From Candidatus Heimdallarchaeota archaeon B3_Heim (lineage in GTDB: Archaea; Asgardarchaeota; Heimdallarchaeia; Hodarchaeales; Hodarchaeaceae), in assembly GCA_003144275.1 (NCBI GenBank), contig NJBF01000003.1, positions 1-32,000 on the forward strand: a DNA stretch of 32,000 nt, read 5' to 3'. A program made the position numbers and the translations under genes. The notes beneath the pieces are model-generated. The model was not told the origin of the DNA and did not search any database. It saw nothing but the letters and a program-made list of their open reading frames with translations. Numbering within the stretch: the stretch's first letter is position 1; every line of letters starts with the position of its first letter. Shown here piece by piece: positions 8,655 to 14,862 of this stretch.

Positions 8655-8866
8655 CGAATAAATGGATAGATAGAGACATTTATGGACACATAGGACGATG
8701 AGGAAGTTTAGGACAGAATACCGAAAAACGAAAGAAACGGGGACAGAACATAAATTCTAGGAATGACTGGGGTTTAATTTGTCTCATTGGATTAGAGATA
8801 AAACGCTGGGCTAGTTAACCTATTAACGATAAAATGAGGGAAAGACACCCTGTTTGATTTGGAATG

Positions 8867-8901
8867 TAGGGGTTAATGATTTTATAAAGAAGGAACCCCT
8901 A
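8867..8901 (+). promoter_or_regulatory. TATA box (TTTATAAA, 8881-8888) bracketed by an 8-bp inverted repeat
   Basis: TAGGGGTT (8867-8874) and AACCCCTA (8894-8901) are exact reverse complements with a 19-nt spacer containing TTTATAAA, about 25 nt upstream of the GC-rich element at 8911. Confidence 0.5.
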
Positions 8902-8905
8902 ATAA

Positions 8906-9000
8906 TTCCTGTCGCCGAGAGTTCCGCGGAGACATTAAATGCCTGTGGAGAGGCGGTAAGACCTGTGTACCAACAGGCACGCGTCAAGGAAGCAGGAAGA
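8906..9000 (+). ncRNA. TnpB-associated omegaRNA-like scaffold (IS607/IS200-IS605 right-end remnant), orphan
   Basis: GTCGCCGAGAGTTCCGCGGAGACATTAAATGCCTGTGGAGAGGCGGTAAGACC...GGCACGCGTCAAGGAAGCAGGAA matches the conserved tnpB 3' end pattern as I recall it, and translates VAESSAETLNACGEAVRP. Several stems are visible. No tnpB ORF lies upstream. Confidence 0.65.
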
Positions 9001-9119
9001 ATAGCACCAATATCGACTGGTGATAATTAGCATCATTAACATTAAGATCTTAATTGTCCCTCAATGTCCGATTTGGGTAAGTCTTTCAGAACGGAAAAAG
9101 AGAATAATTCTAAGCTGAC

Positions 9120-10583
9120 TTAGAAATATTCAGAAGGATCACGCATTCCGCGCTTTTTGACATCTTTACGAGAAAGAGTTTTAAACTCATTTCGTAATTC
9201 TGCTGGTAATCTGCTTGGTTTTTTAAACCCTTCAACCGAATCTTTGGCATAAGAGTAAATAAAGGTGCGGAAAGCCACTTTCATGGGCATAGTAACTACA
9301 TTGTAGGGAAGTGTTCCAAGGAAAACGAATATTACCGCAAACACAATTCCATACGTTAATTCTTGAGTTACAGCAAATCCTAGACTGAATCCTATTCCGA
9401 TCCAAAGCAGTGAATTTACAACGGCAAAGATAAATGTCGTCAATCCAAAACCTGTTTCACCAACGAGGACATCGACTAGTGCTCCCCAGGTAGTTTTGGC
9501 CGAATCTTTGATCGAATCTCCTAGGCCTTTCTTATTTTGCACGATACTCACCAAGGTAAAATAGTTCAAAAACATCCAGATTGCACCAATAATGGAGATC
9601 AGGAGACTTGCAATAGCAGCGAATATTAAACCACCAATTGCTGCACCAGCATTTCTACCACCAGTACGTGTTGTTTGACCACGAGCAGCACCTGTAAAAA
9701 TCTGCATGATTATTTTTACCGTCGCCATCGCAAAAGCAAATTTGAGAATGATCGGAAATACTTGACGGACATCTTTCATAGCAGATCCCAAATCAGGATC
9801 TAATCCTCTATACCAATCACTGGCATAAGAGATAACTCCAGCAGATAGGCTGTAATATACACCTAGGTACACGATTAAATAGAAATATTCAAAGATAATA
9901 GCCATTATTAGACCAGGATAACTTAATTCTGTTTCGCCTAAAGCATTAGTAACCTCAAAGAGAGAGTAGATTTTGAGAAAGCCAAAAAGCATGAAAAAAC
10001 CCGTTATTATGGAATATATTCCCAGTAATAAGGGCATAGCTAAGACCGCTTTTTCATCGAGCACAAGTTGAGCCGAAAATTCAACAAATTTTCCACTGCG
10101 TTCAATCACTCGAAACTTCCAGATGACAAATGCTAAAAGTAGAAATCCAAAGCCAGCAATAAACATTCCCATCATCGAAGCGTCTAATTGTTCATCCCCA
10201 GGCATGATTATTCCTCCTCCAATCATAAGAACACCTACTACCATCATTAGTACGGGAAAGAGAACTGAAACAAATATTGTGACCTGTTTAGCAACTTTAC
10301 TCATGATCCATAAAATTACAAATGCTAGAATGACAGTCACAACTAGAAACGTTAAGATAAACGCGATTAAGAGCGGTAGAAAGTCTAAAGAAATAGGGAC
10401 TAAAACTTTCAATGCTTCAGACATTTCAGCTAATATACTAGCATTTTCAGGCTTAACAATAAAATCGTAAAATGCATACGCCCCGAAAACATAGAGGGCA
10501 ACTACAACAATCAAATAAAGCCACGTGGGCGTACTTGAAAAATTAGTTTTAATATTGGGTTTTTTATAATTTGAGACACTCAT
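9120..10583 (-). CDS. Choline transporter-like (SLC44/CTL/Pns1) family membrane protein, putative
   Basis: 487 aa, about 10 TM. Segment order and motifs parallel Pns1/CTL: MSKVAKQV, WKFRVIERSGKFV, SDWY, LGSAMKDV, FLNYFTLVSIVQNKKGLGDSIKDS, FRTFIYSYAKD. Confidence 0.6.
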   Translation of the reverse strand: MSVSNYKKPNIKTNFSSTPTWLYLIVVVALYVFGAYAFYDFIVKPENASILAEMSEALKVLVPISLDFLPLLIAFILTFLVVTVILAFVILWIMSKVAKQVTIFVSVLFPVLMMVVGVLMIGGGIIMPGDEQLDASMMGMFIAGFGFLLLAFVIWKFRVIERSGKFVEFSAQLVLDEKAVLAMPLLLGIYSIITGFFMLFGFLKIYSLFEVTNALGETELSYPGLIMAIIFEYFYLIVYLGVYYSLSAGVISYASDWYRGLDPDLGSAMKDVRQVFPIILKFAFAMATVKIIMQIFTGAARGQTTRTGGRNAGAAIGGLIFAAIASLLISIIGAIWMFLNYFTLVSIVQNKKGLGDSIKDSAKTTWGALVDVLVGETGFGLTTFIFAVVNSLLWIGIGFSLGFAVTQELTYGIVFAVIFVFLGTLPYNVVTMPMKVAFRTFIYSYAKDSVEGFKKPSRLPAELRNEFKTLSRKDVKKRGMRDPSEYF

Positions 10584-10619
10584 TTTTGATCACTAACGTA
10601 CAATAATTTGAAAATCAAT

Positions 10620-10644
10620 TGGTAAGAATCTTAAAACCTTACCA
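10620..10644. promoter_or_regulatory. Inverted repeat TGGTAAG-N11-CTTACCA upstream of the CTL-like gene (candidate operator)
   Basis: Perfect 7-bp arms at 10620-10626 and 10638-10644 around an AT-rich core that reads TTTTAAGA on the minus strand, 37-61 nt upstream of ATG 10583. Confidence 0.4.
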
Positions 10645-10833
10645 CTTTTTCAGAAAATAGTCAGGTCATAACATGACTTTTGCTTGTTATATAAGTTTAT
10701 TCACACGTTGATTCGGAAAAGGGGGGCTAATTTGCATTTCAATTGTAAGAACGTCACTAAAATAAATATAAAATGCAGGTGGAAGAGAGTAAGTGAAGTA
10801 TTCAGCAGAATAGGGTCTATAGTCAATGTGTGA

Positions 10834-11073
10834 CTATTTACTAACAATAACCATTGTTAGAGTTGATCTAACACCCTTTGCTTGTCGAATTTGATTGATT
10901 ACCATGTCTTTTAAGTTCTTCATAGTATCGGATGAGACTTTACACACTAGATCGTAAACCCCATAAACTACGTAGGCTTCATCAACTTTAATATCTTCAT
11001 TTAAGAATCTTAGAACTTCTTCTTCTTCGCCAATTTCGGCATTGATCATTACGAACGCTGTTGGACGGCTCAT
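10834..11073 (-). CDS. Lrp/AsnC ligand-binding (RAM) domain protein, stand-alone, no HTH
   Basis: 79 aa from ATG 11073: TAFVMIN, EAYVVYGVYDLVCKV, IRQAKGVRSTLTMVIV, the typical AsnC C-terminal domain pattern. Confidence 0.88.
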   Translation of the reverse strand: MSRPTAFVMINAEIGEEEEVLRFLNEDIKVDEAYVVYGVYDLVCKVSSDTMKNLKDMVINQIRQAKGVRSTLTMVIVSK

Positions 11074-11278
11074 GATATATCCACTCTTGATTTTTGTGTC
11101 ACACAAGAAAATATCTTTCTTTTGTCTATTTTGACTACAAACCCATTTGTCTCACTAAGGGATTAAAAAATGTTTGTGTGCCTTTTTTTTTCCTGCCCAT
11201 AATAATTAATAAATAGGCGTAAGATACGGAGTTGTGCAAACGGAATTCGTTCACTTTTTTGCTGAAAATGTGAGGCCT

Positions 11279-12559
11279 ATGGATCTTCGTCATAAACTAC
11301 AGATTCCGGATAAGAATCTTAAAGAAATTAATAATTTTTTACTGAATCCTGATAATCCACTCATAAATGATCTTTTACAAGTAATAGACAAATATGGAGG
11401 AGTGGATGAGATAAATAAGAAAGCAGATGAGGCTGGTCAGTTAGATAATCTAATGACTCGTCTTCAAGACAAGCAACCTAAATATGTGAAAGATCTGGAT
11501 TGGTTAATTGACAAGCGTGATAATGATGCTTTTATAAGTGAGTCAGAATATCGTAGACGAGTTTTAGGTGACCGTTTACCAGATATACAATTTAATGACG
11601 AATATGCAGTCACCCTGGAACTCTCGGCGTGTCAATACTTTCCATTTTTCATGGAAGGAGCCAATCAAGCGATTGGAAGGGAAACCCTACTTCCTGGAAG
11701 AATCATTCGTGTGCGTAAAATGAAAGAACAGGAGGATGATGGGGATCTTTTAGCAATGTCAGCTGCGACGAAAATTATTGGCGCTTCTATTGTTGAAACG
11801 TTGGATACGAAAGGTACTGCTCCAGGTCCAGATGGTGCCCCTGTGAATGTACATCTAGGAGGCCCTGCAACTATTACGGGATATTTCGGAGGCGTTGGCC
11901 AACCAAATGATTTTGCTATGAAATGGATTGATGAATATCTCTATTACTATACCACGTACGGAGTCCAGCAAGCTTTAAACATTAATTTAGGGACAATATT
12001 GCTTGGATATTTCATACACAAATTGGGGATCAATAATGAGTTCAAGATTTCTGTTTTTGTGGGTAATGACAACCCGTTTTCCTGTTTCTGGACGTTGTTG
12101 GCAGCTAAACTCTTTGCACGAGATGATGGTTCAAGTCCCTTAATTGGATTTAATCTTTCTAACTCGGTCAATAATCAGACACTAGAATTAAGTGCCTATA
12201 TCAGAAATAATTTCGGTTTTGAAGATGTTGTACGCTTGGAACATCACATAACTGAAACTTGGAAAAGCATTGTACGACAACCTTACGATCGGCGGGAAGA
12301 GTTAGTAGAACTCGCGCCAAAAGTGAAGAACATCAGTGCGAAGCATGAAGGAGGAAATGTTGATGTGGAACCAAACCGGGATTATCCTACTGACATCCTT
12401 GATTATTTCCGTGATAAATCGGAAATCATAGAAGCTGGCCACTGGGATTACATGAAACAAAATTATTTCGATCGTATGGATGCTATCAATTCAACAGCAC
12501 ATGCATTAACGGAAAAAGGTTTGAGTTTTATTGCTGCGCGTCATCTTCACCATCGGTAA
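11279..12559 (+). CDS. Conserved hypothetical protein, probable alpha/beta-barrel enzyme; first gene of the operon
   Basis: ATG 11279 is preceded by GTGAGG (the ORF track uses GTG 11234). Soluble, with alternating strand/helix pattern and Gly/His/Glu-rich motifs (HLGGPATITGYFGGVGQPN, EHHITET, SAKHEGG). Confidence 0.75.
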   Translation: MDLRHKLQIPDKNLKEINNFLLNPDNPLINDLLQVIDKYGGVDEINKKADEAGQLDNLMTRLQDKQPKYVKDLDWLIDKRDNDAFISESEYRRRVLGDRLPDIQFNDEYAVTLELSACQYFPFFMEGANQAIGRETLLPGRIIRVRKMKEQEDDGDLLAMSAATKIIGASIVETLDTKGTAPGPDGAPVNVHLGGPATITGYFGGVGQPNDFAMKWIDEYLYYYTTYGVQQALNINLGTILLGYFIHKLGINNEFKISVFVGNDNPFSCFWTLLAAKLFARDDGSSPLIGFNLSNSVNNQTLELSAYIRNNFGFEDVVRLEHHITETWKSIVRQPYDRREELVELAPKVKNISAKHEGGNVDVEPNRDYPTDILDYFRDKSEIIEAGHWDYMKQNYFDRMDAINSTAHALTEKGLSFIAARHLHHR

Positions 12560-12561
12560 TA

Positions 12562-13749
12562 ATGTTAACGGATAGTGGCAGAATCATGGATGAAAAACTT
12601 GATTTTGAGAGTCTTAGGACAGGTGCGGGTATTTTCGAAGTACTATCAAAAGCTAAAGCCTTGGAACGAGCTGGTAAAACTATTATTCATTTTGAAATAG
12701 GCCAACCAGATTTTCCCACTCCTTCCCATGTAAAAGAGGCAGCTAAACAAGCTTTAGATGATAATTTCACTGGGTATGTAGCAGCAGCAGGTGTTCTTGA
12801 GCTTCGTCAGGCGATTCAGAATGAAATAGAATTCACTCGGGGTTTTAGGCCAACGGTAGAACAAATATTGGTCACCCCAGGTGCAAATCCCGGAATCTAC
12901 TTTACACTCCGAGCAATAGTCTCTCATCATACAGATGAAGTAATATATTCGGATCCCAGTTTTCCTACCTATGGTGCTGTTCTTAATTATCTGGGTTGTA
13001 AGAAGAAACCTATACCATTGAAGGAAGAGAACAATTTTCGATTAGATCCTGATGATATTGAATCCGCTATAACTAAAAATACAAAAGTAGTAATAATCAA
13101 CTCTCCGATGAATCCGACTGGATCAGTTATGAAGCAAGATGAAATCAATCAGGTTGCTGAATTAGCTGAGGAATATAATTTTTATCTGTTGACTGATGAG
13201 ATCTACTCAAAAATGACTTATGACCAGAAGTTCTATTCTCCAAGTATTCGAGATCAGACAAAAGAAAGAACGATAATTCTGGATGGGTTTTCCAAAGCTT
13301 ATAATATGACAGGTTGGAGATTGGGGTATGCAATTGCTCCTGAAAGAATCATGGATCGAATGGGCTTGTTAATCTCCACAACAGTTTCATGTACGACGTC
13401 TTTCATCCAAAAAGCGGGAATATCAGCTTTAACGGGACCACAAACCGATTTGCATACTAATATGCAAGCTTTTCGGAAACGACGTGATGCAATCGTGAAA
13501 GGATTAAATAATATTCCTGGATTTTCCTGTTTAACACCTCAGGGGGCTTTTTATGCCTTTCCCAACATCATGAAAACTGGAATGTCCTCCAAGGAATTAG
13601 CAGATTTTCTTCTCAATAATGCTGGAGTGGCTTGTTTACCTGGTACAATATTTGGTGCTAATGGTGAGGGATATCTTCGGTTTTCCTATGCTACTGATGT
13701 TACCACTATTCAACAGGCCATTTCTCAGATTAAGGAAGCTTTGGCATAA
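12562..13749 (+). CDS. PLP-dependent aminotransferase class I/II (aspartate aminotransferase-like)
   Basis: IHFEIGQPDF, INSPMNPTG, TDEIYS, PLP-lysine motif DGFSKAYNMTGWRLGY, GAFYAFP, GYLRFSYA. Confidence 0.95.
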   Translation: MLTDSGRIMDEKLDFESLRTGAGIFEVLSKAKALERAGKTIIHFEIGQPDFPTPSHVKEAAKQALDDNFTGYVAAAGVLELRQAIQNEIEFTRGFRPTVEQILVTPGANPGIYFTLRAIVSHHTDEVIYSDPSFPTYGAVLNYLGCKKKPIPLKEENNFRLDPDDIESAITKNTKVVIINSPMNPTGSVMKQDEINQVAELAEEYNFYLLTDEIYSKMTYDQKFYSPSIRDQTKERTIILDGFSKAYNMTGWRLGYAIAPERIMDRMGLLISTTVSCTTSFIQKAGISALTGPQTDLHTNMQAFRKRRDAIVKGLNNIPGFSCLTPQGAFYAFPNIMKTGMSSKELADFLLNNAGVACLPGTIFGANGEGYLRFSYATDVTTIQQAISQIKEALA

Positions 13750-13794
13750 GGAAAACTACAATTTTTGATGATAAAGAATTTAGAAGGCAAAAAA

Positions 13795-14838
13795 ATGAGT
13801 TTAACAAGAATAGCATTCATTGGATTTGGTGTAGTCGGTCAAGGACTCGCTGAAATCTTAGTAGAACAAAAAGAAGAGCTTTCAGAACGCTATGGATTTA
13901 ATTTTCAAGTCGTGGCCATTTCTGATACGATGAAAGGGTCAGTTTATGATGAAAATGGTCTTCATCTTCAGAAGATTTTGGATATTGTGAAAGCAACAGG
14001 AAAGATTAACGACTATCCTGAAGGAATAAAGGGCTGGGATAGTCAGAAAACGATAACAGAAACAAATGCAAATCTGATTGTCGAGGTATCATGGACAGAT
14101 ATCAAAACAGGTGAACCAGCTATTTCTCACGTGAAATCAGCAATTAAATGCTACAAACACATTGTTATGACGAATAAAGGCCCAATTGCTCTCGCCGTAC
14201 GTGAATTACTTGCTATGGCCGCGAATAATGGTGTTCAAGTACGCTTTGAAGGCACTGTTTTGAGTGGAACACCCGCTATTAATTTGGGGCTTAATAATTT
14301 GGCTGGAGTACAGATATCAAAGGTAGCTGGAATCGTAAATGGGACTACAAATTATATCCTTACTGAAATGGAAAAGGGTCTTGATTATACTAGCGCCTTG
14401 AAGCAAGCACAGGAATTAGGATATGCCGAAGCTGATCCGACCGCCGATGTAGAGGGATTTGATGCCTTAGGGAAAATTGTCATTCTAGCAAATGTAGTTA
14501 TGAATGCGAATTTAACAAAAGATGAGGTTTCTTGTCAGGGAATCACTAAAATCACTCCTCAAGATATCGAAACAGCTAAACAGGAAGGAAATCGCTGGAA
14601 ATTAATCGCCAGTGCAGAAATCCAGTCAGATGGATCAGTAAAAGCTGCTGTAAAACCAGAGAAATTACCATTGGAACACCCTCTTGCAGCTGTGAGTGGT
14701 CCGATTAACGCTTTAACCTATACAACCAAACATCTAGGGGAAGTCACCATTATAGGTCCTGGTGCGGGTCGTGCAGCCACTGGGTACGCCCTTCTAACCG
14801 ATATTTTGGACATTCATAGAACAATTACCCGACCTTGA
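13795..14838 (+). CDS. hom: Homoserine dehydrogenase (short type, no ACT domain)
   Basis: IGFGVVG Rossmann motif, TNKGPIA, FEGTVLSGTP, GIVNGTTNYIL, GYAEADPTADVEGFDALGK, GPGAG. ATG 13795 is preferred over TTG 13765. Confidence 0.93.
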   Translation: MSLTRIAFIGFGVVGQGLAEILVEQKEELSERYGFNFQVVAISDTMKGSVYDENGLHLQKILDIVKATGKINDYPEGIKGWDSQKTITETNANLIVEVSWTDIKTGEPAISHVKSAIKCYKHIVMTNKGPIALAVRELLAMAANNGVQVRFEGTVLSGTPAINLGLNNLAGVQISKVAGIVNGTTNYILTEMEKGLDYTSALKQAQELGYAEADPTADVEGFDALGKIVILANVVMNANLTKDEVSCQGITKITPQDIETAKQEGNRWKLIASAEIQSDGSVKAAVKPEKLPLEHPLAAVSGPINALTYTTKHLGEVTIIGPGAGRAATGYALLTDILDIHRTITRP

Positions 14839-14862
14839 GTATACATAAAGAGATGAAGAATT

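Noticed and set aside
8833-9030. Open frame ending ...NACGEAVRPVYQQARVKEAGRIAPISTGDN* considered as a tnpB CDS
   Set aside because: There is no credible start, an upstream stop at 8830, and no RuvC or zinc-finger motifs. It is treated as RNA scaffold or remnant, not a protein gene.
9041-9054. Perfect 14-bp palindrome ATTAAGATCTTAAT
   Set aside because: It is almost all A/T, has no loop and has no second copy. It is noted only as lying in the possible guide or terminator region.
10819-10837. Hairpin ATAGTCA-ATGTG-TGACTAT overlapping the Lrp-domain stop codon
   Set aside because: A weak 7-bp AT-rich stem without a convincing U-tract; insufficient to call a terminator.
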